The notes below the pieces were generated by a model. That model was not told where the DNA came from. It ran no database searches and saw nothing but the letters and a program-made list of their open reading frames with translations. Below, piece after piece: positions 1 through 9,725 of a DNA stretch of 64,000 bases. Location of the stretch: positions 480,001-544,000 of the forward strand of contig OZ252287.1 of NCBI GenBank assembly GCA_965250085.1, in the 5' to 3' direction. How positions within the stretch are numbered: the stretch's first letter is position 1; each line of letters starts with the position of its first letter. This stretch comes from Candidatus Altimarinota bacterium. GTDB lineage: Bacteria; Patescibacteriota; Gracilibacteria; CAIRYL01. Made by a program: the position numbers and the translations under genes.

Positions 1-132
1 TTTGAATCAAAAGTGAAAGAAGTGGAAAAAGGGAACGAATGTGGAATCCAATTTGAAGGAAAGATTTCAATTGAAGAGGGAGATCGTATTGAGTGCTATC
101 AAATTGAAAGCAGAATCAGAACACTGAAATAA
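1..132 (+). CDS. infB: Translation initiation factor IF-2, C-terminal end (partial)
   Basis: Frame 1 reads FESKVKEVEKGNECGIQFEGKISIEEGDRIECYQIE...*, matching the IF-2 C-terminal VKEV..G.ECG motif. Confidence 0.9.
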   Translation, partial: FESKVKEVEKGNECGIQFEGKISIEEGDRIECYQIESRIRTLK

Positions 133-138
133 GTGATC

Positions 139-205
139 AGTTGTCAGTGAATCGGTTATAAGTATTTAAAATATACTGACTACCGACTGCTTACTACTGA
201 CAACT
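139..205. repeat. Inverted heptamer-period hairpin between convergent infB and pilin genes
   Basis: AGTTGTCAGT (139-148) and ACTGACAACT (196-205) are perfect reverse complements, with further degenerate copies inside. Confidence 0.75.
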
Positions 206-534
206 TACCCTATTACTCGAACGATAAGTTCAACCACCCCATACGCTACGAGTGCGAGAATGAGTCCAAACATTGTCCATTTGAATGTCCGCTTTGCCTG
301 AGCCTGTTTTTCATCATCTCCTGCCGAGAGAGCATATTGAATACCACCGATGACCAACATAAGAACTGCAATAATCCCTGCAACCGTGAGGAGCACGTCG
401 GAAAATTGACTGAGTATTTCTGGAATATTTACATCCTCTCCTCCCGGAAGATCTGTAGGAGGAGTATATTCCCCTATTTCCTGAGCAGAAGCGAGGTGCG
501 GAAGGAAAAATAAGAATATGAAGAGTTTTTTCAT
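205..534 (-). CDS. TrbC/VirB2-like pilin (CPR type)
   Basis: Signal peptide plus two TM helices with the GGIQYALSAGDDEK..AK motif typical of CPR pilins. Confidence 0.8.
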   Translation of the reverse strand: MKKLFIFLFFLPHLASAQEIGEYTPPTDLPGGEDVNIPEILSQFSDVLLTVAGIIAVLMLVIGGIQYALSAGDDEKQAQAKRTFKWTMFGLILALVAYGVVELIVRVIG

Positions 535-551
535 GGATCAGAATTATAAAT

Positions 552-593
552 AGTAAGTAATCAGTTGTAAGTTGTCAGTTGTAAGTTGTCAGT
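552..593. repeat. Heptamer-period arm downstream of the four-helix-bundle gene
   Basis: AGTAAGT AATCAGT TGTAAGT TGTCAGT TGTAAGT TGTCAGT; loosely complementary to the arm at 968-994. Confidence 0.8.
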
Positions 594-597
594 AAAA

Positions 598-954
598 TTA
601 TTTTTGGACCTTCATCCAACCATCAAGGGTTTTACCTATTTCATCAGCAAGATCCGAAAGATCTCTATAATTTTTGAAAGAAATATACTTAAGATCTTGT
701 GCGAGTAATAGCTGATATTTTACTTCTTCCAATGAGCTTTGAGAAATATTATAAAAGTGCAGCGAGTCATTTTTGCCCTTTCTTTTAAATCCTTCTGCAA
801 TATTTGATGGAATTGAAATCGCAGCCCTTCTTATCTGCGAAGTGAGCCCAAATGTCTCTGATTTTGGAAATTTTTCACTCAGCTTATAAACTTGTAAAAC
901 AAACTCATGGGACTTTTGCCAGGCAATAATCTCTGTAAATTTTTTGATAATCAT
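598..954 (-). CDS. Four helix bundle protein (23S rRNA IVP / bAvd-like family)
   Basis: FTEIIAWQKS...FPKSETFGLTSQIRRAAISIPSNIAEG family signature. Confidence 0.9.
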   Translation of the reverse strand: MIIKKFTEIIAWQKSHEFVLQVYKLSEKFPKSETFGLTSQIRRAAISIPSNIAEGFKRKGKNDSLHFYNISQSSLEEVKYQLLLAQDLKYISFKNYRDLSDLADEIGKTLDGWMKVQK

Positions 955-967
955 GAGAAAAAGTAAA

Positions 968-994
968 ACTGACTACTGACTCACTGACTACTGA
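968..994. repeat. Heptamer-period arm upstream of the four-helix-bundle gene
   Basis: ACTGACT ACTGACT CACTGACT ACTGA. Confidence 0.8.
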
Positions 995-1002
995 TTTACT
1001 CT

Positions 1003-1590
1003 CTATGAAGCGATAATACTAATGACCCATTGAAGAATGAAGTATGCTCCCAGAGCAACTCCCAGACCAATAAGTGAAAACTTGAGACCCCTTTTGGCTC
1101 CGTCCAATTTGTCCGGATCCCCTGCCGAAAGCATATATTGAATGCCATTGTATATCAGAGTGATGACCGAAACTCCTCCCACTGCCCCCAAAAGAATGTT
1201 GGTGATATTTTTGATGACCTCTGTTGCATCATTCAGCGTTGCAGATCCTTCTATTGCTCCAGTTGGCTTCTGGAGAACCGCAAAGAGAATACCCGAAAAA
1301 AGCATGAGCACTGTAGAGATCAGGGCTCCACTAATGACCTGTTTCGCATTGTCTACTCTCTCTTCATCGCCAGACGATGCCATATACATGACTCCTCCCA
1401 CAATCAGCATGATAACCGAAACGCCAAATATGACCTGCGTTCCCCACGCCCAGATCTGAGAAATATATTCTCCAAACGTTTTTACTTCACCCACCTCTGT
1501 TTCGACGGCAAAAGCGAGGGGGAGAAAAAGAAAGAAAGAAAAGAGTGCAATAGAGAAGCGCCTAAGGATTGACAAAGTTGTTATAATCAT
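1003..1590 (-). CDS. Tandem two-domain VirB2-like pilin
   Basis: Two GxxYMxSxGDxxK/R..AK pilin units; start codon uncertain. Confidence 0.75.
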   Translation of the reverse strand: MIITTLSILRRFSIALFSFFLFLPLAFAVETEVGEVKTFGEYISQIWAWGTQVIFGVSVIMLIVGGVMYMASSGDEERVDNAKQVISGALISTVLMLFSGILFAVLQKPTGAIEGSATLNDATEVIKNITNILLGAVGGVSVITLIYNGIQYMLSAGDPDKLDGAKRGLKFSLIGLGVALGAYFILQWVISIIAS

Positions 1591-1625
1591 TATTATGATA
1601 ACCTTTACTCTTCCTCCAGTATAAT

Positions 1626-2048
1626 ATGAAACGAGGTGGAAAAGAAATATTCATTGGGGCTTTCTTTGTCACAACAGCACTCTCACACGAAGCACAAGCA
1701 GATACTTCTGGGGGCAAAGCATTAGAGTTGATACAAAATGTTCGATCAAAAGTTGCATCAATGCAAAACTCTGATCTTCCAGAAACAGTTTCTGCACCAG
1801 CCTGTTTTTATCCGACAGAAGAATCAAAAGGAACAACTATGATATGCGTTGATGAAAGTCGGAACCTCTTACAGATCGATTGGTCACAAAAGGGATTTAC
1901 TCTTTCTGAACCTCTTGCTGAGAGGCAATGTACTTATGACACGGAGGGAAATCTAGGGGATAATTCATCGAATCAAGACGAGTGTAATGCCATGATGGAT
2001 CTCTTGGGAGAACTGATGACAGCAGCACCAACTGCTAGATTTATGTGA
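1626..2048 (+). CDS. Hypothetical secreted protein
   Basis: N-terminal signal-like segment ending in AQA, four Cys; TTGACA upstream near 1569. Confidence 0.55.
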   Translation: MKRGGKEIFIGAFFVTTALSHEAQADTSGGKALELIQNVRSKVASMQNSDLPETVSAPACFYPTEESKGTTMICVDESRNLLQIDWSQKGFTLSEPLAERQCTYDTEGNLGDNSSNQDECNAMMDLLGELMTAAPTARFM

Positions 2049-2131
2049 TTGTAAGTGCATAAAAAAGTACGGGGAAAAAACTTGACAAGAAGAAGAAGTG
2101 AGAAGGTGCTTTTACTTTATTCCAAAATTTT

Positions 2132-2377
2132 ATGAAAGAAGAACCAATTCTAGACAATGATACAGTTATAGAGTGTCGGGGGGCGCGTCCTGATACTACG
2201 CGAAATGAAGTTAAAGCGGTTGTGTACCTCTTTCGAGATGGATCAACGAAGATCTTGTGTTCGAGACTTGAAGGTGATAGTAATTGCCATTTAGAAAGTG
2301 CTAGGGCGATGCCCGGTTTTCTTTCAGCCCGTAGTGAGGAGACCCTTCCTTGTCCGTACAAAAAACCACCCCGCTAG
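2132..2377 (+). CDS. Small hypothetical protein with four Cys
   Basis: 81-aa ORF ending CPY; TTGACA upstream near 2082. Confidence 0.45.
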   Translation: MKEEPILDNDTVIECRGARPDTTRNEVKAVVYLFRDGSTKILCSRLEGDSNCHLESARAMPGFLSARSEETLPCPYKKPPR

Positions 2378-2613
2378 TGCGCATCTGTCTCTGACCATGA
2401 GCATTTATTGGATGGTGACGCATGCAAAATATAAAATCTGGTTCGATATAATCATTGAATCAACAATTTCCCACGTTCGCTCGAGTCAAAAAGACTCGAG
2501 CATTAGTAAAAAACAAAGTTTCAGTCGAAAAGACTAAAACCAACATATTTTTTGTAGATATTGATTGCAATCAATACCTACAATGTAATTGTACATTCCA
2601 CATTATAAAATGT

Positions 2614-4764
2614 TCACATCCTCTCTAGTGGAGCAATGCTCGCCGCAAAGCGTTTTATAGTACCATTACCAAAATCAATAGTAAGAATGTCTCCTTCAAT
2701 CTCAGTGATTTTTCCTTTCCCAAACTGAGGATGTATTACTGTCTCATTTGGAGTATATACTTCCAGATGGGCTTCATCATCATATTCATAACTGAGCTCG
2801 TAGTCTGAATCATTCTCTTCTTCCTCATCACAAAATCGTGAAGGCAGGGAGTCTGTATCCACGGATCCAAGAGGAATCTCCTGGAGAAATCGTGATGGTG
2901 GATTTTCATTAAATCCTCCAAACAAAATACGACTTTTGGCATAAAAGAGAGAGAGTTTTTGCATAGCTCGTGTCATTCCCACATACATCAGTCGGCGCTC
3001 TTCTTCCAAATGATCTGGCTCAAACAGTGATCTGGAATGCGGAAAAATGTTTTCTTCACATCCCACAATAAAAACAACAGGAAACTCCAATCCCTTGACG
3101 GCATGGAGCGTCATGAATGTAATGGTATCAGTTGCATCATCCATCGTGTCCGTATCAGATATCAGTGCCACTTCTTCGAGAAAAAGTCGCAAAGAATCCT
3201 CAGGAGATACGTGATCATATTTTTGTGCGACAGAAAGAAGCTCTTGCACATTCTCCCATCGATTTTCTCCTTCCAGTGTTCCATCTTTCAAGAATGACTC
3301 AAATTGAATTTTTTCGACAACCTCTATCAAAAATTCTGAAGCCGACCTTGTGGGAGCAATAGCCCTGAGTGAACGAATGATACTCTCAAATTTTTGAATG
3401 GCGTTGCGAGCAGATGGAGCAATTCCATCTGCCATTTCAATATGTTTGAGCACCTCTCCCACTGACATTTCTTTTTGCTTCGCAAAATTGAGAATTTTGT
3501 TGACCGTTACTGCTCCAATCTTTCGTAAAGGTTTATTGATGATTCGCTGGAAAGAAACAGTGTCTGATCCGTTTTGTACAAAACGCATATAAGCGATCAA
3601 ATCCTTGATTTCCGCTCGTTCATAAAACCGAATGCCTCCCACAATTTGGTAGGGGATACTGTGACGAAGCGCTGCTTCTTCCAGTATTCGACTCTGAGCG
3701 TTCGTGCGATACAGCACCACAATATCATTTGCACTGTACTGATCTTGGCGAACAAGAGAGGCAATTTCATGTATCACGCGTTCGGCTTCTTCACGTTCAT
3801 TTTCTGTTTCTACAATTCGCACGAGATCTCCATATCCCGCTTGAGTAAACATCGTTTTTTTGACTCTCGAGAGATTGTTGGCAATCACTGTATCTGCTGC
3901 ATCAAGAATATGCTGGTGAGATCGGTAATTTTGTTCAAGTTTTATGATTTTTGCTTCTGAATAGTTCTTTTCAAAATCGAGAATGTTTTGAAGATCTGCT
4001 CCACGAAAAGAGTAAATCGCCTGATCAGAGTCTCCAATGGCACAAATATTCCGATATTTCTCCGCGAGGAGACTGGCAAGCATGTATTGCGCATGATTGG
4101 TGTCCTGATATTCATCAATCGAAATAAACTGCCATCGGTTTTGGTATTTTTCAAGAATATTTGGAAAATCCTGAAAGAGCTGTACCGGAAGGACCAGGAG
4201 ATCGTCAAAATCTACTGCTCCCGCATCACGAAGTCTGCGCTCGTATTCATGGTATACACCTGCTACCATACGCTGATAACTATTGTCCGCCAAAGAGTCA
4301 TATTGATCTGGGTGCATAAGCGCATTTTTTGCAGCAGAAATGTGAGAAAGCATTGCCTTGGGGGTATATTTTTTTACATCAATATTTTGATCCTTGAGAA
4401 TGTGTCGCATCAAACTTTTGGTGTCAGTAGTATCAAAAATAGAAAAGTTTTTGTCATGTCCCAAATGCTCCATTTCTACTCTGAGAATACGAACCCCCAG
4501 GGCATGAAAAGTACCGATAAACGGCATGGAGCTTTGCTGTCCCAAAAGAGATTCGATTCTTTCTTTCATCTCTCCAGCTGCCTTATTGGTAAATGTGACC
4601 GCCAAAATATTATGAGGTCCAATACCTCTCTCTATCATATACGCTACCCGATGTGTGAGAACTCGTGTTTTCCCGGATCCAGCACCTGCCACCACAAGCA
4701 GTGGTCCCTTGATGCATTTGACTGCCTCTATCTGCCGCTCATTCAAATCCTGCAAAATATCCAC
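2614..4764 (-). CDS. pcrA: ATP-dependent DNA helicase PcrA/UvrD
   Basis: AGAGSGKT, DEYQD, YRTNAQSR and EEERRLMYVGMTRA motifs; likely GTG start at 4764 (VDILQDLNERQ). Confidence 0.95.
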   Translation of the reverse strand: MDILQDLNERQIEAVKCIKGPLLVVAGAGSGKTRVLTHRVAYMIERGIGPHNILAVTFTNKAAGEMKERIESLLGQQSSMPFIGTFHALGVRILRVEMEHLGHDKNFSIFDTTDTKSLMRHILKDQNIDVKKYTPKAMLSHISAAKNALMHPDQYDSLADNSYQRMVAGVYHEYERRLRDAGAVDFDDLLVLPVQLFQDFPNILEKYQNRWQFISIDEYQDTNHAQYMLASLLAEKYRNICAIGDSDQAIYSFRGADLQNILDFEKNYSEAKIIKLEQNYRSHQHILDAADTVIANNLSRVKKTMFTQAGYGDLVRIVETENEREEAERVIHEIASLVRQDQYSANDIVVLYRTNAQSRILEEAALRHSIPYQIVGGIRFYERAEIKDLIAYMRFVQNGSDTVSFQRIINKPLRKIGAVTVNKILNFAKQKEMSVGEVLKHIEMADGIAPSARNAIQKFESIIRSLRAIAPTRSASEFLIEVVEKIQFESFLKDGTLEGENRWENVQELLSVAQKYDHVSPEDSLRLFLEEVALISDTDTMDDATDTITFMTLHAVKGLEFPVVFIVGCEENIFPHSRSLFEPDHLEEERRLMYVGMTRAMQKLSLFYAKSRILFGGFNENPPSRFLQEIPLGSVDTDSLPSRFCDEEEENDSDYELSYEYDDEAHLEVYTPNETVIHPQFGKGKITEIEGDILTIDFGNGTIKRFAASIAPLERM

Positions 4765-4934
4765 AAAATGAATTATAAATTTAAAATTACAAATTATAAA
4801 TGTAATCTCCGGGTTCTTTCCCGTAATTCCTTCGTTCTGCTGACTCCTGACAACTGACTCCTTGTTTCCTATTTTAAATGAAAAGGAATTCGGTATATAA
4901 TCGCCCACGTCAGAAAAAAATATTTATCGCAAAG

Positions 4935-7130
4935 ATGGTCATCTCTTTTTCCAAAATATTCTTTGCAGCACTCATCTTTTTGAGCGCTGTGATTTTGACG
5001 ATGGGCATATTTGAAGATCCATTTGCTCAGGCGGTTCAGAGCTCTTCTCAAGCACAATGCCTTGGGTGGGATGGAACATGGGAAGGAAGTACTCAAGGTG
5101 ATGAGCTCAATGGAAAATGTACTATTCCCTATTTTGCATCTTCTCCAGATTTCGCTTCTGGCACATGGATCGCTTGTAAAAGGTTTAAAATGAAGGGTGA
5201 CGGAGCGGAAAATGGAATACTCGATAGTGGGTTTTGTAACAATGATTCCAGTGTTATCGATCAACCAGTGTGGTCTCTCCATAATTTTGAGACATATAGT
5301 GGCTCAGGATATACAAGAAAATCGATAGTAAAATCTGGTATTTGGAATCTTTCAAACAAAACAGGTCCTGTCAACTGCGGAATAAATGCAAATGCACTCA
5401 ACATGTATTTAGATACTGCAAACTGGTCAACAACAGGTGATTTTTGTGTCCCCATGGGGCAAAAACTCAAATCCAATCTCGATTACACCAAGACAACCTC
5501 TTCTGATTTTTATGAAGACTGTATTCTTTCGGAAACATGCGGATGTGGATCAGGATTTGTCCCTCTCGGGACACTCTATGAATTTGATGGCTCTCATATT
5601 CTTGACGGTAATTTATTGGCTCTGACGGATCCAAATGGTGAAAACTACAGAGTGCAGACTTTTAGTTCTGGTACAGATATAGAAGGCGGGCAATGTACAA
5701 ATGAAAAAATTGTAAAATGCCTTTTGCTCAATAACAGAAGTGATACAGAGTATAAGGTCATAAGTGGTCAAGAGAGGTGTATAGTCCCTGTTTCTCCTCC
5801 GGTTATTCATTACTGGATAGGAGGTACATGGTCTGCAAATCCCTGTTCAGATGGGCAAAAATTGGAAACCAATGGAACATGTAGCACCTGCACAGCGTCG
5901 GCGGATGAGGGCAATACTGCTTGCTGTCAAAACACAACCAAGTGGTGGCATGCCGGCACTGGTGGCTCTGGAACATGCTACAAACCAAAACAATACGAAT
6001 GTGAAGTCATCATAAAAAAAGCTGTCTTTTCTCCTGTACCAGCTGCATATGATGGGTACACACATGCAGGAAAGGCTCCTTCCGCCGTATTTCGAAATAC
6101 TGATAACACCTGTCGTATCTCTTGCGATGATGCCGATGCCAATTTTTCTGATCTTGGACTTCCCATCAATGATCCCAGCACGACTGCTACCAATTGGCAG
6201 TGGAAATCTTTCGCCAGCACCCTTGACCTCAATATGAACAATACTTCTGCTCCATTTTTTGCGGGAACGTCAGCCAGTGGATCGCAATGTGACTGGGAAT
6301 GCGAAAGCGGATACGTAAAAAATGGAAATGTCTGTGATCAGAGTTCTACCACCAATCCAACTCCTGACGGAACCAATGTCGATTATGATCCGACAAATCT
6401 TCCTGATGAAGTCATTCATCCGGGAATAAATGTCAGAGACTATGACGCCTTGACACAAAAAAGACCTGCCGATTGGACGGATTCTCAGGATTACTTCCTT
6501 TCACCCGGAAAAGACGGAAACACCGACACATGGCTCAGATTTCAAATTCTCAAAGACCCTGATACAGGCAATGTGGGTGAAGGCGGAGAGCTCGATCCCA
6601 GTAACGATGGTGGAGAAATTCTTCGGTGGAAGATAGTGTCCAAAGATACCAATGGCGATCCTCGTACCCTCACCGCTATCCCCGGATGTTTCCCAGGGTC
6701 AGGGAGTGGGACTGCCAGTGAAGGAAGCTCACTCTGCCTGGATCATTTTACCACGGTGACATATTTGGGAACGAAGATGTTATTCAATGATACGGGAACC
6801 CATTATCTAGTTGCTCTGCACAATGTGCACGGACGAGATTCTCTCGATGGAAGCATTTCCACTATTGGTGATTTTCTTTCTTCTGGAGTGCAATATCCTT
6901 CTTTAAAATTGGAATACATCAATGCTCCTCTCAATAAATTTGGACATAAAGTTCCTATTGAATATCAACTTTTGATAGAAAAAAATCTGGCAGGCATCAT
7001 AAATCTTCCCAGTGGAGCAAAGATATTAAAAATTATTGGTGAGATAGGAGGAGTCAAAACAGTTTTGAACGCACGAGTGGGAGGTAAAAAGCTTGCTCCA
7101 TTCCTCAACTACGTAATTTCTGTACGGTAA
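4935..7130 (+). CDS. Large Cys-rich secreted/surface protein
   Basis: N-terminal TM/signal, many Cys, Gly/Thr/Asn-rich; ATG at 4935 follows TATAAT near 4896. Confidence 0.7.
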   Translation: MVISFSKIFFAALIFLSAVILTMGIFEDPFAQAVQSSSQAQCLGWDGTWEGSTQGDELNGKCTIPYFASSPDFASGTWIACKRFKMKGDGAENGILDSGFCNNDSSVIDQPVWSLHNFETYSGSGYTRKSIVKSGIWNLSNKTGPVNCGINANALNMYLDTANWSTTGDFCVPMGQKLKSNLDYTKTTSSDFYEDCILSETCGCGSGFVPLGTLYEFDGSHILDGNLLALTDPNGENYRVQTFSSGTDIEGGQCTNEKIVKCLLLNNRSDTEYKVISGQERCIVPVSPPVIHYWIGGTWSANPCSDGQKLETNGTCSTCTASADEGNTACCQNTTKWWHAGTGGSGTCYKPKQYECEVIIKKAVFSPVPAAYDGYTHAGKAPSAVFRNTDNTCRISCDDADANFSDLGLPINDPSTTATNWQWKSFASTLDLNMNNTSAPFFAGTSASGSQCDWECESGYVKNGNVCDQSSTTNPTPDGTNVDYDPTNLPDEVIHPGINVRDYDALTQKRPADWTDSQDYFLSPGKDGNTDTWLRFQILKDPDTGNVGEGGELDPSNDGGEILRWKIVSKDTNGDPRTLTAIPGCFPGSGSGTASEGSSLCLDHFTTVTYLGTKMLFNDTGTHYLVALHNVHGRDSLDGSISTIGDFLSSGVQYPSLKLEYINAPLNKFGHKVPIEYQLLIEKNLAGIINLPSGAKILKIIGEIGGVKTVLNARVGGKKLAPFLNYVISVR

Positions 7131-7227
7131 AAACATTTGAAGCTCTTCAAAGCTTGCACCTTTGAAAGTTTTCCTCTAAAATCCCTCGGCATAAAAAACC
7201 GGAAAGATTTGATTGTTTTTTTCTCCT

Positions 7228-7243
7228 GTCCGCCTCAGGCGGA
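7228..7243. repeat. TCCGCC-N3-GGCGGA palindrome in the rpsB leader
   Basis: GTCCGCCTCAGGCGGA; related copies near 15880, 20600, 61115 and 61537. Confidence 0.7.
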
Positions 7244-7302
7244 TCAAAAAAACAAGATGATGATCTTTCTCGCGAAATTATAAGGATTTTACCACTTTTT
7301 CT

Positions 7303-7986
7303 ATGAAAATTTCTCTGAATGAAATGGCACAAAATGCAGTGCATTTTGGTCATAAAGCCCCTCGCTGGAATCCCAAAATGAAACCCTATATTCATGGGAA
7401 CAAAAGAGGGATTCATATTATTGACTTGAATAAAACACTTGCAGCACTGGACACCGCTTGTGCTTTTTTGAAAAAAAAATCTGATCAGGGAGGTATGATC
7501 CTCTTTGTTTCTACCAAACCTCAGACCAAGCCACTTCTAGAAGAATTTCATAAAAAAACAGGACATCCTATAGTGGTGAGTAAATGGGTGGGAGGTATGT
7601 TAACCAATTTTCCCACTATACGTGAGCGCATCAAGTATTTAAAATCAATACGAGAGATGATTGTCACAGGGGAAATTGAAAAATTTAATAAAAAAGAACG
7701 TTCTGCTTTGAATAAAGAACGAGAAAAACTCGAGAGAGCATTTGGTGGTATTGCTGAGATGTATCGCCTTCCTGATGCAGTTTTTATAGTAGATGGAAAG
7801 CGTGATGAATCCGTTCTCCGTGAAGCAAAAAAACTTCGCATACCTGTCATTGGACTCGCTGATACCAATGTTGACCCAAGTCTCTACGATATCTTAATTC
7901 CGGGGAATGATGATGCTATTTCTTCCCTCACTTACTTGCTTTCTGCTATCTTTGAGTCAATACAACCTCTCAAGAAGAAGCAATAA
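7303..7986 (+). CDS. rpsB: 30S ribosomal protein S2
   Basis: VHFGH..RWNPKMKPYI, WVGGMLTN and PGNDDA motifs. Confidence 0.97.
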   Translation: MKISLNEMAQNAVHFGHKAPRWNPKMKPYIHGNKRGIHIIDLNKTLAALDTACAFLKKKSDQGGMILFVSTKPQTKPLLEEFHKKTGHPIVVSKWVGGMLTNFPTIRERIKYLKSIREMIVTGEIEKFNKKERSALNKEREKLERAFGGIAEMYRLPDAVFIVDGKRDESVLREAKKLRIPVIGLADTNVDPSLYDILIPGNDDAISSLTYLLSAIFESIQPLKKKQ

Positions 7987-8007
7987 TTCCCTCCTTTTCC
8001 TCTTCAC

Positions 8008-8718
8008 ATGAATGAAGAACACAACAGTAATCAAGCACATCAAGAAGAACTCTTCCAGAAAGAAAACGGCATGACACGAGATGAAGCTTGGGACAAAGTG
8101 CGTGAATGGCACTTTTCTGGAGATACCGATGCTGCAAAACGAGGATGTCAGATCATTTTGGAATATTTCCCTGACCACGAAGCTCGTGAATTGGTCCACA
8201 AAATGGAGTCAGCAGAGTCTTTGGTTCAGAAGGCAGAAAATACTCTGCCCAGGTCTTCCAAAAAACCTTCACTTCTCTCAGGACTTTTTGGGAAAAAGCA
8301 AAAAAAAGAGCCTTCTGTTGTGCAGGATGTTCCCATTCCTCAAACAGAATCACCTCTCCCTGATTATCAAGCGTCTCCGGAAGAATCAGACTCAATAGAA
8401 AAAGTCCCCGTCCTGGATGACGAAAGACTCTTTGCTACCATTTCATATGCATGGATTTTCTGCATTATTCCTCTCTTTCTCAAGAAAGACAGTATGTTTG
8501 TCCAGTTCCATGCGAAGCAAGGCCTTATAATGGCTCTTTTGTTTACAATTTTTGAATTTACTATTGGAGCATTTTTTCAGGTAGTATTCCCATTTATCGG
8601 AGTTTTAATTCGATTTACATATATTGGACTTATTTTTTATGCCGCATATCAAGCCTACCAAGGTCGATCATGGCGCATCCCTCTTATTTATGGGCTTTCT
8701 CAAAAGATAAAACTTTAG
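8008..8718 (+). CDS. Membrane protein with C-terminal DUF4870-like domain
   Basis: ISYAWIFCIIPL..FVQFHAKQGL..AYQG..WRIPLI pattern. Confidence 0.65.
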   Translation: MNEEHNSNQAHQEELFQKENGMTRDEAWDKVREWHFSGDTDAAKRGCQIILEYFPDHEARELVHKMESAESLVQKAENTLPRSSKKPSLLSGLFGKKQKKEPSVVQDVPIPQTESPLPDYQASPEESDSIEKVPVLDDERLFATISYAWIFCIIPLFLKKDSMFVQFHAKQGLIMALLFTIFEFTIGAFFQVVFPFIGVLIRFTYIGLIFYAAYQAYQGRSWRIPLIYGLSQKIKL

Positions 8719-8793
8719 AAATTTTGAATTCTAAATTTTGAATTATCATTCAACACTTAAACTTTCCACTTTATAACTTTCAACTGATTTCCT

Positions 8794-9561
8794 ATGTCTG
8801 AAATTTCTGCATCTGAGGTAATGGCACTTCGCCAAAAAACCGGCGTTTCTATGATGGAGTGTAAAAAAGCTCTTGTAGAAGCTGGTGGCGATGAAGAAAA
8901 AGCTGTTGAAATTCTTAGAAAGCAAGGTGCTATGAAAGCCGCAAAAAAATCTGATCGTACCACCTCTGAAGGAGGTGTTGCCATATCTGGCAATGCAATT
9001 GTAAGTGTCAAATGCGAAACTGACTTTGTAGCTCGAAATGAAAATTTTGTGCAGTTTGTGACATCTCTCGCCGAAGAAGCTGATGCAAATGGTGCTGAGG
9101 CAGCAGGGAAAAAATTTGAAGAAGAAAAAGCTGAAATGGTCACCAAATTAGGAGAAAATCTTGTTTTTGGAGAAGCGCACGTGCTTGACGGGGAAATTGT
9201 ACATGGATATATTCATTCCAACCAAAAAGTGGGAGCACTTGTAGCTCTCTCTGGAGGAAGTGCAGAGATAGCGACTGACGTTGCCATGCATGCAACTGCT
9301 ATGAATCCTTCTGTGACATCACCTGATGAAGTTTCTGACGAGTTGGTGGCAAAAGAAAAAGAAATTTGGACCGAGCAACTTGCCAAAGCAGGAAAACCAG
9401 CGGAAATTATTGGAAAAATTATGATCGGAAAAGAAAAGAAATTCCGCGAAGAATCAGCTCTCATCAAACAGTCATTTGTGAAAGATCAGGAAAAAACAGT
9501 AGAACAATATGCATCAGAGAACGGAGCTACTGTTACCACGTTTGTGCGAGTGGAAGTGTAA
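8794..9561 (+). CDS. tsf: Elongation factor Ts
   Basis: LRQKTGVSMMECKKAL and CETDFVARN motifs; lies downstream of rpsB. Confidence 0.97.
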   Translation: MSEISASEVMALRQKTGVSMMECKKALVEAGGDEEKAVEILRKQGAMKAAKKSDRTTSEGGVAISGNAIVSVKCETDFVARNENFVQFVTSLAEEADANGAEAAGKKFEEEKAEMVTKLGENLVFGEAHVLDGEIVHGYIHSNQKVGALVALSGGSAEIATDVAMHATAMNPSVTSPDEVSDELVAKEKEIWTEQLAKAGKPAEIIGKIMIGKEKKFREESALIKQSFVKDQEKTVEQYASENGATVTTFVRVEV

Positions 9562-9566
9562 TTTCT

Positions 9567-9600
9567 TCTCCCCTTACCAAGGGGAGATTGAGAGGGGTTT
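9567..9600. repeat. REP-like CCCCTT-N3-AAGGGG hairpin, possible terminator after tsf
   Basis: TCTCCCCTTACCAAGGGGAGA..GAGGGG; related copies near 34000-34130, 44886-44962 and 50088-50165. Confidence 0.6.
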
Positions 9601-9725
9601 ATTTCGCATCAGAGTATTACTAAAAAACACAGTATTCAGTAGGGGTGTGTTCTATGCTGGAGTAATCTCTCCAGCTTGTCCATTGTTAGTTGAGGTTTTT
9701 TTTGGGCTTCGACTTATTTATTATA

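Noticed and set aside
598-954. Four-helix-bundle gene as the Avd of a diversity-generating retroelement
   Set aside because: No reverse transcriptase or TR/VR pair with adenine-specific mismatches was seen in the window
2478-2502. CTCGAGTC-AAAAA-GACTCGAG hairpin as an ncRNA
   Set aside because: A single hairpin between convergent genes; a terminator is the simpler explanation
3988-4857. 289-aa plus-strand ORF and similar antisense ORFs throughout
   Set aside because: Antisense to well-conserved genes (here pcrA) and without recognisable motifs
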